A stretch of DNA of 64,000 nt from a virus (lineage: Duplodnaviria; Caudoviricetes), in the IMG/VR virus record IMGVR_UViG_3300017917_003016, positions 128,001 through 192,000 of that record. One strand, given 5' to 3'. The position numbers and the translations under genes are program-made. Within the stretch, counting starts at the first letter, position 1. Each line of letters begins with the position of its first letter. Under the pieces are notes generated by a model that had not been told where the DNA came from, did no database searches, and saw nothing but the letters and a program-made list of their open reading frames with translations. Shown here in pieces: positions 38,801 through 48,809 of the stretch.

Positions 38801-41800
38801 TAACATCGCTAATATTGTATTGTCTCCCGCGGGAACTTTAATAGCCAACGTACCGAGCCAAAGAATAATGATCAGTGGTGCAAACATAAGCATCACCGGT
38901 GATGATGGTAATCTGCAGTATACACACATTCCTAGTGGTATTACCTGGAACAAATATGACACTAGTCCAAGTTATACTGGCTATTACAGGCCCGACAGTA
39001 TAGGTTTATATCGAGGCGACTATAGTTCACTGATGGACATAGCGCCAGAAAACATTAAGATTAGCAGTTTAGGAAGCACAAAATTTGAAGCCAATGCTAC
39101 AACTATATACACTGTTGGTAATGTCCGAGCCGGTAATATGTTCTTGTCCGCTAGCGGCAGCATTACCTTTGCTGATGGCACAGTACAGACTACGGCTGCT
39201 AGTTATTCAAATGTACAGGTGGCTACATACCTGCCCACATATACCGGCACAGTTGGAGCCAGTTTAGTTAATTCAACCGGTAACATACTTGGCGCCGGCC
39301 TATCAGTGTTTGGAAATGTCAGAATGGGCATTGCTGGTGCTGTTAGTGGTCAATTTCACTCATTTGTTGGTAACGTAACTCAAACATCATCGGGTGGTGC
39401 TGTCTACATTAATACCACCGGTAATATCATTGCGGCCAATATTACTGCGGCCAACATCACCACAACCGGTAACGTATTATTTGGCAATGTCGTCACTGGT
39501 AATATAATCGCTGGAAATCTGTTGGTTGGTAATATTGTCAGCACTGCCAACATAAATGCCATAGGTCACTTAAGAGTCTACAGTGGCCAACAGGCTTTTG
39601 GTGGGTCGGGTAATATACAACTAATTAGTTCATCCGGTACTCCATGGCTAAATCTAGGGATTACCCCAGGTCCTAGCAATGCCATAATAGAAATGCAAGT
39701 TGCAACAGCAACCTCACCTGCCCTACGTTTTAGTGCATCATCAGCCGGTGGATCAAACATCACTTTGTACAGTACAGGAACTGTTGCTGGTGCCTATACC
39801 TATACAAATATCATAGATTCAGGAAGTGGTGCAGATATATTATTAGCCACAAGAAACCTAGTGATTTCAGGCAGCGGCGCATCAGCATCAGTAACGGTTA
39901 ATATAAACGGCAGCATCACTGCTAACTCTTTAACGGCGAGCGGTAATACTTCGCATGGTACAGTGGGTGCGATCAGTGGTCAATTCCACTCATTTGTTGG
40001 TAACGTAACTCAGGTTACATCGGGTGGTGCGGTTTACTTCAATACCACCGGTAACCTATTAGTTGGTGGTAATGTAGCACTATTTGGCAACACCAGATTT
40101 GGCACAGCGGGTATTGTGTCGGGTGCATATCACAACTTCGTTGGTAACATTAACCAATACACATCGGGAGGTGCAGTTTATTTCAACACCACCGGTAACT
40201 TGCTAGTCGGTGGTATTGCACAAATTTCCAACATTAGATTAGGGGCCAGCGGTAATATTCAATTCGCTGACGGCACCGTACAGACCACTGCGGCTACTGG
40301 GGCTGTTAGTACAATTTATGCAAATGTGGGTGTAATACTTGGCAACCCAACTAGCAGTAATCTTGCAGTTGGAACCAATGCAGGATCAACCAATCAAGGC
40401 GCTAATGCTATATCAATAGGATTTAACGCCGGTAGTCAAAATCAAGGCGTTCAAGGCATAGCGATCGGCGCAACGGCAGGTAACGCATTTCAGGGCACTG
40501 TCGCAGTGGCCATTGGTGTTGGAGCAGGTCAGATAAATCAAGCAAGTGGCGCTACCGCAATTGGTTATCAAGCGGGGCAAAATGGACAAAGAGGTTTGAG
40601 CGTTGCCATTGGTTATCAAACAGGACAAAATGATCAGCAAGGTACAGCAACAGCAGTTGGTATGTGGGCAGGACAGAATAGCCAAGGAAACAACACTGTG
40701 GCTATGGGTTATAATGCTGCAGTTTACTCTCAAGGAGACCAAGGCATAGCCTTGGGATATTATGCTGGTTGGTCTAGCCAAGGACCGAGTTCAATAGCCA
40801 TTGGCGAAAGCGCCGGGCAAACTTCTCAGGGAACTGCTGCTGTTGCCATTGGTAGACTTTCAGGCACAGATAATCAAGGGCCTTATACTGTTGCCATTGG
40901 TTATCAAGCAGGATATCAATCTCAAAGCGCAAACAGTGTGGTGATCGGAACCAACGCAGGTTACTTGAATACACCCGCCAATACCATTGTAATATCAGGC
41001 GATGGTAGTAACCTAAGTCCCGCAAGTTGGGGTACTTTCCTTAACCCGATTAAACCAGACACATCACCCAGTAACATACTTTATTACAACACCACTACCA
41101 AAGAAGTGACCTATGGTGCTGCTGCTGCAGGCAGTTATTCAAATGTACAGGTAGCCACATACTTGCCAACTTACACCGGCACAGTTAGTGCTAGCCTAGT
41201 TAACTCAACTGGTAACGTCCTGGCTGCTGGCCTATCAGTGTTTGGTAATGCTAGAATAGGTATTGCCGGAGCGGTTAGTGGACAGTTCCACTCAGTTGTA
41301 GGTAACATAACCCAGACATCATCAGGTGGTGCTGTGTACATCAACACCACTGGTAATATACTAGCCAACGTTGGTACATTTTCTAGTCTAAATGTCAACG
41401 GTAGCATTACTGCCAGTAACCAAATTAGCATTACTAGCCTTACTGGTTTGGGAATAGGCATAGGGGCCAGTGCCCCTTCTACCGGGTTAAGTCTTCAAGC
41501 GGGATCTGGAAGTATACTTTTGGGCACCTCGGGCGCAATAACAAACGTGCAAATAGGAGCGGGTTCAACAACTTCAATTGGTATTGGAACTAGTCCGCCA
41601 ACAGGTGGTATACAAATAGGATCAGGTGCATCAACTTCTATTGGTATTGGGGCAACTGCACCAGGATCAGGTATACAAGTAGGATCAGGCTCTGGTTGTA
41701 TAGTTGTAACCGGTAGCACAGTAACATTGGGACAAGCCGGAGCATCGGTTGCAATTGGTACAAGTTTGCCCGGTGGCGGTGGCATTGCAATAGGCGGCAG

Positions 41801-42710
41801 TGGTACAAGTATAGGCATTGGAATAGCACCAACTGTTGGCGGAGGTATAGTAATCGGTGGTACGAGTGGTGTAAACGTTTCTGTCTCTGGCGCCGGTATT
41901 ATAAACCTTAATAATGGTACACAATTTCTACAGGTTAACTCTGGTAACATACTTGTTTCTGGAACTTTGTTAACCACAACCGGTAGCAACATTCTACTTG
42001 CGGGCAATACCTCACATGGTACTGTGGGCGTAGTATCAGGAGCATATCACAACTTCGTTGGTAACATCAACCAGTACACATCAGGTGGTGCTGTGTACAT
42101 CAACACCACTGGCAATGTAATGGCCCAAGTAGGTAACTTTGTTGATGTAAACCCCTTGGGTAATCTGGTTGCGGGACAGTCTATTGGGGATACAACTGCT
42201 GTTTGGAATAATGCCTACGTGGGTAACGTTTGGGCATATGGTAATATCATACCTAGTTCTAGCAATACCTATACTTTGGGAAGTTCCACTGTTTGGTGGA
42301 GTAGAGTGTGGTCAGTGGCAGTCAATGCACAATACGCTGACTTGGCAGAAAACTACACCAGTGACTGCAACTATGAACCCGGAACTGTGGTGGTTTTTGG
42401 TGGTGAAAAAGAAGTTACAGTGTCAACCGCATCTCATGATCCTGCTGTGGCAGGTGTAGTTTCTACCAATCCAGCCTATCTGATGAATGCAGCCACAGAG
42501 GGTATATCTGTTGCACTACAAGGACGAGTACCCACTTGGGTCAAAGGACCAGTACGTAAGGGCGATAGATTGGTCTCTAGTAAAATCAAAGGAATTGCTG
42601 AACGCCTATACACTCCAAATTATGTTCCAGGATGTATCATTGGCAAGTCTTTGGAAAATATAGATACTGATGAAATTTGCCTGATCGAAGTGGTAGTAGG
42701 CAGAGTTTAA
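35868..42710 (+). CDS. Long tail fibre/adhesin (2280 aa) with repeat modules, YadA-head-like repeats and C-terminal chaperone-like domain
   Basis: Repeats YSNVQVATYLPTY, SGGAVY.NTTGN, 14-residue A(I/V)AIG..AG..SQG; AQYADLAENY...IEVVVGRV end. Confidence 0.8.
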   Translation: MASLTKVKITNIDTSIVYVADPLVSLNYGSTLANTDIGFVFNRDGGISSNVALFWNETTDRLTVAYTTSAGSINSNISIAKYANIAADWYFGNLAGGTNGNTYVIGNILPTANGLYNFGSPTARWNIGYFAASTIDLGGSQISVDPVNGFKFSVGGTGTPTFLASNGLVSGSSLTTSGTLNVGTTAAVGSNLTVGGYINSLGNIIAAAGTFNNLVINLGNIIAQGGYFIGNGSQLTGIPAGYSNVQTAAYLNTQGYNLYSNVNVAAYLNTQGYNLYSNVNVAVYLTNNGYINTNSAYSNANVVSYLTTNNYTTQLYVDSANTSLKNYVDGQITAANAGVTAANIGIQGFINLGNVNLRNYVDGQITAANAGVVAANVGMKGYVDSQVSAANIAWQANAYQQQALIGNIQSSSYSNVNVNAYLTTNGYINTNSAYGNGNVASYLPTYTGNLSAGNLTVNGSITISGSDGNISGVNNLTASGYINTSGNILAKNIVGSLVTASQANITTVGNLTGLSVAGTTTVYGTAQFASAIRDNVGSLGSTGRFLMSSSTGALWTIPYGLGNFASNVLVDQLSVNVAVAGSNVIFVSQFGLTTQGWINATGNVMAGDATVFKANINSTQNSTEFNNGALVVAGGVGIAKDVYIQGNLYVANVIATASNVLTITSPLLYLVSNAYPYNYDIGFYGHFVGGVGNIYQHSGFVRNYLDGTWRLFSNVITEPSEGIVTFDSGILYDPIWTGGMDSYGNINLKNNSLLNINNPPGTYSNSPINASWNANGYVQINIQNINSVGNLVSADFIATAPDGNDGSKFIDLGINGNNWSSGSWTVSGANDGYLYINQGNLTIGTETPGKVPKIHVGGLLSQNITTTFDISTTYFTTQLNINSQNLSAAVVNGGTSGIGNIGAASGRFGTVFGSDLNVTGNVLSAGGTFNNIVVNSGNINAVGGYFIGNGAFLTGIVTGGGSSYSNVQVATYLPTYSGNIANIVLSPAGTLIANVPSQRIMISGANISITGDDGNLQYTHIPSGITWNKYDTSPSYTGYYRPDSIGLYRGDYSSLMDIAPENIKISSLGSTKFEANATTIYTVGNVRAGNMFLSASGSITFADGTVQTTAASYSNVQVATYLPTYTGTVGASLVNSTGNILGAGLSVFGNVRMGIAGAVSGQFHSFVGNVTQTSSGGAVYINTTGNIIAANITAANITTTGNVLFGNVVTGNIIAGNLLVGNIVSTANINAIGHLRVYSGQQAFGGSGNIQLISSSGTPWLNLGITPGPSNAIIEMQVATATSPALRFSASSAGGSNITLYSTGTVAGAYTYTNIIDSGSGADILLATRNLVISGSGASASVTVNINGSITANSLTASGNTSHGTVGAISGQFHSFVGNVTQVTSGGAVYFNTTGNLLVGGNVALFGNTRFGTAGIVSGAYHNFVGNINQYTSGGAVYFNTTGNLLVGGIAQISNIRLGASGNIQFADGTVQTTAATGAVSTIYANVGVILGNPTSSNLAVGTNAGSTNQGANAISIGFNAGSQNQGVQGIAIGATAGNAFQGTVAVAIGVGAGQINQASGATAIGYQAGQNGQRGLSVAIGYQTGQNDQQGTATAVGMWAGQNSQGNNTVAMGYNAAVYSQGDQGIALGYYAGWSSQGPSSIAIGESAGQTSQGTAAVAIGRLSGTDNQGPYTVAIGYQAGYQSQSANSVVIGTNAGYLNTPANTIVISGDGSNLSPASWGTFLNPIKPDTSPSNILYYNTTTKEVTYGAAAAGSYSNVQVATYLPTYTGTVSASLVNSTGNVLAAGLSVFGNARIGIAGAVSGQFHSVVGNITQTSSGGAVYINTTGNILANVGTFSSLNVNGSITASNQISITSLTGLGIGIGASAPSTGLSLQAGSGSILLGTSGAITNVQIGAGSTTSIGIGTSPPTGGIQIGSGASTSIGIGATAPGSGIQVGSGSGCIVVTGSTVTLGQAGASVAIGTSLPGGGGIAIGGSGTSIGIGIAPTVGGGIVIGGTSGVNVSVSGAGIINLNNGTQFLQVNSGNILVSGTLLTTTGSNILLAGNTSHGTVGVVSGAYHNFVGNINQYTSGGAVYINTTGNVMAQVGNFVDVNPLGNLVAGQSIGDTTAVWNNAYVGNVWAYGNIIPSSSNTYTLGSSTVWWSRVWSVAVNAQYADLAENYTSDCNYEPGTVVVFGGEKEVTVSTASHDPAVAGVVSTNPAYLMNAATEGISVALQGRVPTWVKGPVRKGDRLVSSKIKGIAERLYTPNYVPGCIIGKSLENIDTDEICLIEVVVGRV
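36609..36719 (+). repeat. 51-bp near-perfect tandem repeat inside the tail fibre gene
   Basis: gctgcttatctgaacacacaggggtataac...tattcaaatgtcaa repeated at 36609 and 36660. Confidence 0.9.
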
Positions 42711-42748
42711 ACTCTATGTCGATAAATAAGTAAAATATAGAATAAATT

Positions 42749-42922
42749 ATGTCTGGAAATTTATACATAGGTCCTGGTATTACAATAGGCAGCGGTATTA
42801 CTGTTACCATGTTGCCCTACGTTCCTGAGCCCGGGTGGGATTTTTCTGGTGACATGATGGTACTAACTGGCACAGTTGATCTGACCACAGAGACTGGTGC
42901 TGATGTAGATTTAAATGCATAA
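42749..42922 (+). CDS. Small structural-type protein (57 aa)
   Basis: Manual translation MSGNLYIGPGITIGSGITVT...; after GATAAATA (42721-42728). Confidence 0.55.
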   Translation: MSGNLYIGPGITIGSGITVTMLPYVPEPGWDFSGDMMVLTGTVDLTTETGADVDLNA

Positions 42923-42934
42923 AAGAGAATAAAC

Positions 42935-43900
42935 ATGCCAAAGACCCTACAATTTAGAAGAGACACTACCGCAAACCTAGCAGCCGTAACAGGTTCAATT
43001 GGAGAATTGTTTGTTGACACTACTAAAGACACAGTAGTAGTCATGGATGGCAGCACAGCAGGCGGTTTTCCTTTGGCTAAATTTACTGATGTCACTGCTG
43101 CAAATTTGGGTATGAAGGGATATGTTGACAGTGTTGCCGGCGGCAGTTATTCCAACGTACAGGTGGCTACATACTTGCCCACGTATTCGGGAAATATTGC
43201 CAACGTCAGACTTGGTGTAAGTGGAAGATTAACATTCCCAGACGGTACAGTACAGACCACAGCAGCCGCTGGGGGTGGCTCAAGTTATAGCAATTCCAAC
43301 GTGGCCAGTTACTTGACCACAGGTCAAATTACTATATCTAACATCAAACTAGCACCAAGTGGTAATATTGTATTTGCTGATGGTACAGTACAGACTACTG
43401 CTGCCGCAGGCAGCGGATCAAGTTATGGCAATGCCAACGTAGCAAGTTACTTACCAACGTACTTGGGTAACATTTCTGCAGCCAATGTTTGGGTAAACAG
43501 TGGTGCTGTACAAATTTCTGACAACAGCATTGTACTACCAAATGATACCAGCAGTCTAAGTATTGGTCAAACTTTTGGTAACAGTTTCGCTTTTAGTACT
43601 TCGTTTGTTGGTAGCAATTGGCCTGTTCTGCAGATAAGAAAATCTACATTCAACGCTAGCAGCTTTATCTATGCAGAGGGATTAAGTGTAAACGATTTCA
43701 GTGGTAATACTACCCAATATTTCTTCAATGAAATGCGAATTATCAGCGGTAGTAATGTTACAGTTGCTAATACACAGGGTGTATTTGCCAATGCAATTTA
43801 CAGCACAGGAGGATTCTTCTGGGCTAACGGGACACCATATTCAACTGGCAGTGCCTCTTTAACATTGGCCAACTTACATGCAGTGGCCTTATCTTTTTAA
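42935..43900 (+). CDS. Short tail-fibre-like protein
   Basis: LQFRR.T...G..GELFVDT.K.TVVV.DG.T.GG.PL N-terminus; shares modules with 35868..42710. Confidence 0.75.
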   Translation: MPKTLQFRRDTTANLAAVTGSIGELFVDTTKDTVVVMDGSTAGGFPLAKFTDVTAANLGMKGYVDSVAGGSYSNVQVATYLPTYSGNIANVRLGVSGRLTFPDGTVQTTAAAGGGSSYSNSNVASYLTTGQITISNIKLAPSGNIVFADGTVQTTAAAGSGSSYGNANVASYLPTYLGNISAANVWVNSGAVQISDNSIVLPNDTSSLSIGQTFGNSFAFSTSFVGSNWPVLQIRKSTFNASSFIYAEGLSVNDFSGNTTQYFFNEMRIISGSNVTVANTQGVFANAIYSTGGFFWANGTPYSTGSASLTLANLHAVALSF

Positions 43901-43912
43901 AAGGAATAAATT

Positions 43913-44344
43913 ATGGCAAAAACATTTACAGCACCATTTGCTCAAGCACCAAAATGTGTAACTGCAGTAAGTTCAAATACTGCAGCAGGTATCACCACAG
44001 ATTCAATATCGAACTCAACGCTACTGCTGACAGCAGGGGCTGACGGTGCTCTAATAACTCGACTAGTAGCAATGCCAAGAACCACAATTGGAGCAACTGC
44101 TGCTTATCTTTTCCATTCAAATAACAGTGGAACTACACAAAGAATTATAGATAGCATCACTTTAGGAGCACAAACTCTTGCGAGTTCTACTCAAAGTTCT
44201 GGTATTATATTGACTGCATTTACCAATATCAGTGAAACTACTCCCTTGCGTTTAGGGGCAGGCGAATCAATTTATGTTGGTATAGGAAACACCCAACCGT
44301 CTGGTAATGGTATTGTGTTTAGTGCCCAATATACGGATTTCTGA
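43913..44344 (+). CDS. Structural protein
   Basis: AAGGA RBS; operon context. Confidence 0.65.
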   Translation: MAKTFTAPFAQAPKCVTAVSSNTAAGITTDSISNSTLLLTAGADGALITRLVAMPRTTIGATAAYLFHSNNSGTTQRIIDSITLGAQTLASSTQSSGIILTAFTNISETTPLRLGAGESIYVGIGNTQPSGNGIVFSAQYTDF

Positions 44345-44346
44345 CC

Positions 44347-45765
44347 ATGACCTATGCATTTGCTCCACGCGGCGCGCCAACAGTTGGCAAAGGATTGGGC
44401 GGCCTTCCACAAAGAACAGATTCAGAGATAGTTACCACAACTGTTTTAGGATCTTGTGCAGTGGGTGATTATGTATACACAGCAATGAGCGGTTATCCTT
44501 CCTATGCTTTTAAATCGTTTGCTACAAATGGTACTGGACCTGCTGCAGTAAATTTTCAAAATCGTGTTCGAAAAGGAAGTTCAGTTGCAACACCATCTAT
44601 AGGTGCCAGTTCGTTTGGGGCTAAATTTAATCCCATTACAAATCAATTTATGGTATTTGATACTACTAAAATAGGAATTTATAATTCTAACCTGACTTTG
44701 CAGGGCACAGTTACTAGTACATCAATTACTAGTTATTTAATTCCAAGAATGTCTGTTAATTCACTCAATGGAGATTTTGTTCTCAGTGTAGTTGATAGCA
44801 GCGATGGTTACAAATCAAAATTAATTAGATATGATAGATTTGGTACACTGCTAGGAAATACAACCATAGATACTACCTTAGATTATGGCGGAGCAGCAGT
44901 TGCACACCATCCAGTTACTGGCAATATCCTAGCAGTTTTTACTAATCAAGGAGCAGGACCGGGGTGGCCCAGTTATGCTACATTTTATTCTAACGGAAGT
45001 GTAATTACATCCAAAACCTCGTTGGTCTCGGGCCCAGCACCATACTACTCAGAGTTAGGGTATAATCCTAATGATAACAGTTGGGTATATACCTATAGAG
45101 ATCAAGGCGCGCCTCTTGGTTATGCAGGGTATTTTCTAATTCAAAGCGGTAATACCTTAGTAAAATCTCAAACTTTATTTAGTAATGTTGCAAACTATGT
45201 ACCGAGCAGAATTAGTTTTAATTCAAGCAACGGCGATTTTATGGTAACATATCTTAACTCTAGTTCTTACCCTAGTTTTCAAATTTTTAATAAGTCAGGA
45301 AACGTAGTTGTAAGTGAAACAGTTGTAGAAAGCGTTGCCAGTGGTCAAGTGCTTTCGGACTGGAACAGTAGCACTCAACAATTTTTTGTACTATATGCTA
45401 CCAGTTCAGGCATCTCAGTAAAACTTGCTAATTATAGCGCAAACGGTGTTATTAGCGGATCAATTGTTACTCTCGAAAGCAATGTGGCTGGATTCACTGG
45501 CCAATTTACATCATTTTCTTATATTCCCAATGTTGACGAACTTTTCTATTTTGACTACCCAAATTCTCTTCCAACATTAAATTTTGCCACACAAACAGTA
45601 TCAACTGGTGATTATTATATATCTGGTATTTCACTAGATAGTGCTTCTACTATAAGCGGACAAACAGTAAGGATATTAAAATCAGGAACACCGTCTTCCT
45701 TAACCGCAGATTTTCGTGCGGCTAATCCCAAGGGAGTAGCAATAGGTACCGGAGCATTCAAATGA
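44347..45765 (+). CDS. Structural protein, possible receptor-binding beta-rich domain
   Basis: S/T/N/G/Y-rich 472 aa in tail module. Confidence 0.6.
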   Translation: MTYAFAPRGAPTVGKGLGGLPQRTDSEIVTTTVLGSCAVGDYVYTAMSGYPSYAFKSFATNGTGPAAVNFQNRVRKGSSVATPSIGASSFGAKFNPITNQFMVFDTTKIGIYNSNLTLQGTVTSTSITSYLIPRMSVNSLNGDFVLSVVDSSDGYKSKLIRYDRFGTLLGNTTIDTTLDYGGAAVAHHPVTGNILAVFTNQGAGPGWPSYATFYSNGSVITSKTSLVSGPAPYYSELGYNPNDNSWVYTYRDQGAPLGYAGYFLIQSGNTLVKSQTLFSNVANYVPSRISFNSSNGDFMVTYLNSSSYPSFQIFNKSGNVVVSETVVESVASGQVLSDWNSSTQQFFVLYATSSGISVKLANYSANGVISGSIVTLESNVAGFTGQFTSFSYIPNVDELFYFDYPNSLPTLNFATQTVSTGDYYISGISLDSASTISGQTVRILKSGTPSSLTADFRAANPKGVAIGTGAFK

Positions 45766-46103
45766 AATATTTATCTAGAGACAATAACTATATTGCAGAA
45801 GCAGAGTCCATAGTCTACGATGATAATCGTAGGGGTTGGGTAGTTGACAATGTTCTATATTCAGATGTTGGCGGAACCATGTATTCTGTTGTCGACACCA
45901 GACCCCCAAAAGATTCTAGAGAGATTATACTAGAGCGCAATCGCAGATTGGCAGAATCAGACTGGACCCAATACCCAAAATCCACAGTTGACAAAACTGC
46001 ATGGGAAATTTATCGACAGGCTCTAAGAGACTTACCGAAACAAGAAAATTTTCCCTATCAATTTATTTGGCCAACTCCTCCAGGATCATTAACATCCCCT
46101 TAA
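45762..46103 (+). CDS. Tail fibre assembly chaperone
   Basis: RNRRLAESDWTQ...W..YRQALRDLP.Q..FP...WPTPP. Confidence 0.85.
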   Translation: MKYLSRDNNYIAEAESIVYDDNRRGWVVDNVLYSDVGGTMYSVVDTRPPKDSREIILERNRRLAESDWTQYPKSTVDKTAWEIYRQALRDLPKQENFPYQFIWPTPPGSLTSP

Positions 46104-46118
46104 ATTGTAATTTAACAG

Positions 46119-46147
46119 TTGACAACACTGTCAATTGATCTTATAAT
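46119..46147 (+). promoter_or_regulatory. sigma70-type promoter
   Basis: TTGACA (46119-46124), 17 nt, TATAAT (46142-46147). Confidence 0.8.
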
Positions 46148-46180
46148 AGGCTATCGATACTAGCAAAAAAGGTCGCAATT

Positions 46181-46555
46181 TTGCAAAATCTTCTGCCAAT
46201 TGGTAGCCAAATTACTGTTACTACCCAATATAATCTACCCAACGTCAAACCTCGCACTGTTACTGGTACTGTTTTGCCCAGGCCTCGTTGGCTGCAGCCC
46301 AATGAGATTGCAGTGAGCAATCCCTATCATCTAGATGGTATGTCCGTGATCAATCTCAATCGTGTGGTTAACCTGCGTGATGCTCAAGGACGCAAAATTG
46401 ATTTTACCATGCCCGATGTCAGCGATCGTACTTGGACTGTACAGGGCAGCAAGGGCAAGGTATATCAAGTGGTTCGCAAGTCTGGCGCGGTCAAATGTTC
46501 CTGCCCAGGATTTCAATTTCGCCGTAACTGTCGACATATTCTAGAGGTGGCCTAA
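46181..46555 (+). CDS. SWIM zinc-finger protein
   Basis: CSCPGFQFRRNCRH. Confidence 0.75.
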   Translation: MQNLLPIGSQITVTTQYNLPNVKPRTVTGTVLPRPRWLQPNEIAVSNPYHLDGMSVINLNRVVNLRDAQGRKIDFTMPDVSDRTWTVQGSKGKVYQVVRKSGAVKCSCPGFQFRRNCRHILEVA

Positions 46556-47868
46556 TGGACACAGCCAGTCAAATTATTCGTGCGCTGGAAACACACAACC
46601 TGCGTACTAACAAAGAAGCAATTATTCTTGCACAAGCGCAAGCAGGTAACGATGAATTCTTTGAAGGATGTCGTCTTGCTCTGGATTCGATGATCACCTT
46701 TGGCATCAAAGCAGTCAGTGAAAAAACTGATCAGGTTGGCACAGGTCTCAGTTGGCAGGGGTTTCGTAAACTTGCAGATGCACTGGCTTCGCGACAACTC
46801 ACAGGTAACGAAGCACAGACTGCGGTAGCACATGCTCGTCTCAAAGCCACTCAAGAACAATGGAACTATTGGTATCGCCGTATTTTGATCAAAGATCTAC
46901 GCTGCGGTGTCAGTGAAAAGACCATTAACAAGGTGGTTGGTAAGAAATTTAAACAGTATGAAGTTCCTACGTTTACCTGCCAACTGGCGCATGACAGTGC
47001 CAATCACGAAGAAAAGATCACCGGTGAACGATTGATTGAAGTTAAACTTGACGGTGTGCGTGTGATCACTATTGTGTATCCCAACGGTCATGTCACCCAA
47101 TACAGTCGCAACGGCAAAGAATTGGTAAACTTTGAACATATTAAGCAACAGATCAGTCGACATGCATTTATGTTTGCAGAGCCTGTGGTACTCGATGGCG
47201 AAGTAATGTCAGCAAGTTTTCAAGATCTTATGAAGCAGGTACATCGTAAGAGCAATGTTGCTGCTGATGATGCGGTACTGAATCTGTTTGATATCGTTAC
47301 GCTGCAGGAATTTCTTGCAGGTCAAGGTCAGCATCGTCAGATTGATCGCAGTTACAGTCTTGCAGCCTGGTATCGACAGTGTGCAGAACATATGCCTAAT
47401 GTAACCATAGTTGGGCAAGAACTTGTTGACCTGCGCGAACCTGCAGGTCAGGCTAGGTTCCGAGAAATCAATCAAGAAGCCATTGCAGGTGGATACGAAG
47501 GTATCATGATCAAAGATCCCAGTGCGATCTACGAGTGTAAGCGCACTGCGTCGTGGCTCAAACTTAAACCTTTTATTGAAGTTAGTCTGGAGGTTAAAAG
47601 TGTCGAAGAAGGAACAGGTCGTAATCAGGGACGGCTCGGAGCATTTGTTTGTCAAGGAATCGATGACGGACGAACCATTAGTACCAATGTGGGTTCGGGC
47701 TTTACCGATAGTGACCGTAGCGTATTTTGGAACTCACGTGCTGATTTGGTTGGTCAGATCGTTGAAGTCCGCGCCGACGCCGTGACACAGAACCAAGATG
47801 GCTCATACAGTCTGCGTTTCCCGCGTTTTCTTCGTTTTCGTGGTTTTGAGCCCGGGGAAAAACTGTAA
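46555..47868 (+). CDS. ATP-dependent DNA ligase
   Basis: EVKLDGVR (KxDG), SRNGK, LDGE, GYEGIMIK, WLKLK, SLRFPRF. Confidence 0.95.
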   Translation: MDTASQIIRALETHNLRTNKEAIILAQAQAGNDEFFEGCRLALDSMITFGIKAVSEKTDQVGTGLSWQGFRKLADALASRQLTGNEAQTAVAHARLKATQEQWNYWYRRILIKDLRCGVSEKTINKVVGKKFKQYEVPTFTCQLAHDSANHEEKITGERLIEVKLDGVRVITIVYPNGHVTQYSRNGKELVNFEHIKQQISRHAFMFAEPVVLDGEVMSASFQDLMKQVHRKSNVAADDAVLNLFDIVTLQEFLAGQGQHRQIDRSYSLAAWYRQCAEHMPNVTIVGQELVDLREPAGQARFREINQEAIAGGYEGIMIKDPSAIYECKRTASWLKLKPFIEVSLEVKSVEEGTGRNQGRLGAFVCQGIDDGRTISTNVGSGFTDSDRSVFWNSRADLVGQIVEVRADAVTQNQDGSYSLRFPRFLRFRGFEPGEKL

Positions 47869-47975
47869 TTTTGGTTAGATTATCAATTGACCTAGATTGC
47901 AGTATAATGTATTATATTGACTGCTGATAGTTATCAGCATTTCTATTTCACTTTTTCAACTAGGAGAAACAAGCG

Positions 47976-48332
47976 ATGTCAAAGAAGCAAACCAAGCAAG
48001 TAAAGAAGTCTAAGCAAAGTATGGTCACTACCACGGTAACCTCATCCAAGGCTGCAACTTCTACTAAGTCAGTTAACAAGCCCACTGTTAACCTAATGAA
48101 GGTTACCAATCAGACTGCATTCCTTGAGAAGTATCTGCGTGGCACCGGCCGCACCCTTAGCGAAGCACAGGCTCGCGCTAACTATGGCATCACTAATTTG
48201 AGCGCACGTATCAGTGAACTGCGTAAGGCTGGTCTTAAGGTTCTTGCTGCACCTAACAGCACTGGCAAGGTTGCCTACAGCGTTAGTGCACGTTCCATCA
48301 CTGGCTCACGTGCACGTGTGTTTAATGTCTAA
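47976..48332 (+). CDS. Small basic protein with C-terminal HTH-like region
   Basis: AGGAG RBS; YLRGTGR.LS..QARA.YGI.NLSARISELRKAG. Confidence 0.7.
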   Translation: MSKKQTKQVKKSKQSMVTTTVTSSKAATSTKSVNKPTVNLMKVTNQTAFLEKYLRGTGRTLSEAQARANYGITNLSARISELRKAGLKVLAAPNSTGKVAYSVSARSITGSRARVFNV

Positions 48333-48349
48333 TTAGATTTTAAACCATT

Positions 48350-48378
48350 AAAAAACCGCCCATATGGGCGGTTTTTTT
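48350..48378. terminator. Bidirectional intrinsic terminator
   Basis: aaaaaaccgccc-atat-gggcggttttttt between convergent genes. Confidence 0.85.
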
Positions 48379-48706
48379 ATTCTGGAAATACCGGAGTTGG
48401 TCTTGGTGTGATGTCAGTTGTATGATAAAAACTTTGTACAAGGGTTATTCCGTGAGAAGTATGCCAAGCAGCGAGGTCTGCTATCATCTGCGGGTCAGTT
48501 AAACGCCATTGATCTAAGAATTCGTTTAATTTTACATCATCATCAAAAACAAATGTCATTTGTTTTTGAAAAACCAAAAAATTTTCAGATTCTACATATG
48601 CCATGAGTTGATTATACCACTCAGTGGAGTAAAAGGATGGAGGGAAAAAATCAACATTGTCCGGGGGATCATTACCTAAAACTTGTAAATGATAAACTGA
48701 TTTCAT
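48377..48706 (-). CDS. Hypothetical protein
   Basis: 109-aa ORF converging on terminator. Confidence 0.6.
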   Translation of the reverse strand: MKSVYHLQVLGNDPPDNVDFFPPSFYSTEWYNQLMAYVESENFLVFQKQMTFVFDDDVKLNEFLDQWRLTDPQMIADLAAWHTSHGITLVQSFYHTTDITPRPTPVFPE

Positions 48707-48726
48707 TTTAATTTAACCTTTGCCAA

Positions 48727-48755
48727 TTGACAAACACGTAAAACGATGTTAGAAT
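48727..48755 (+). promoter_or_regulatory. sigma70-type promoter
   Basis: TTGACA (48727-48732), 17 nt, TAGAAT (48750-48755). Confidence 0.7.
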
Positions 48756-48809
48756 AGTAATATCTTAACCGTTTATTATTATTTATTTAATTTAGGAAAA
48801 AATATAACT

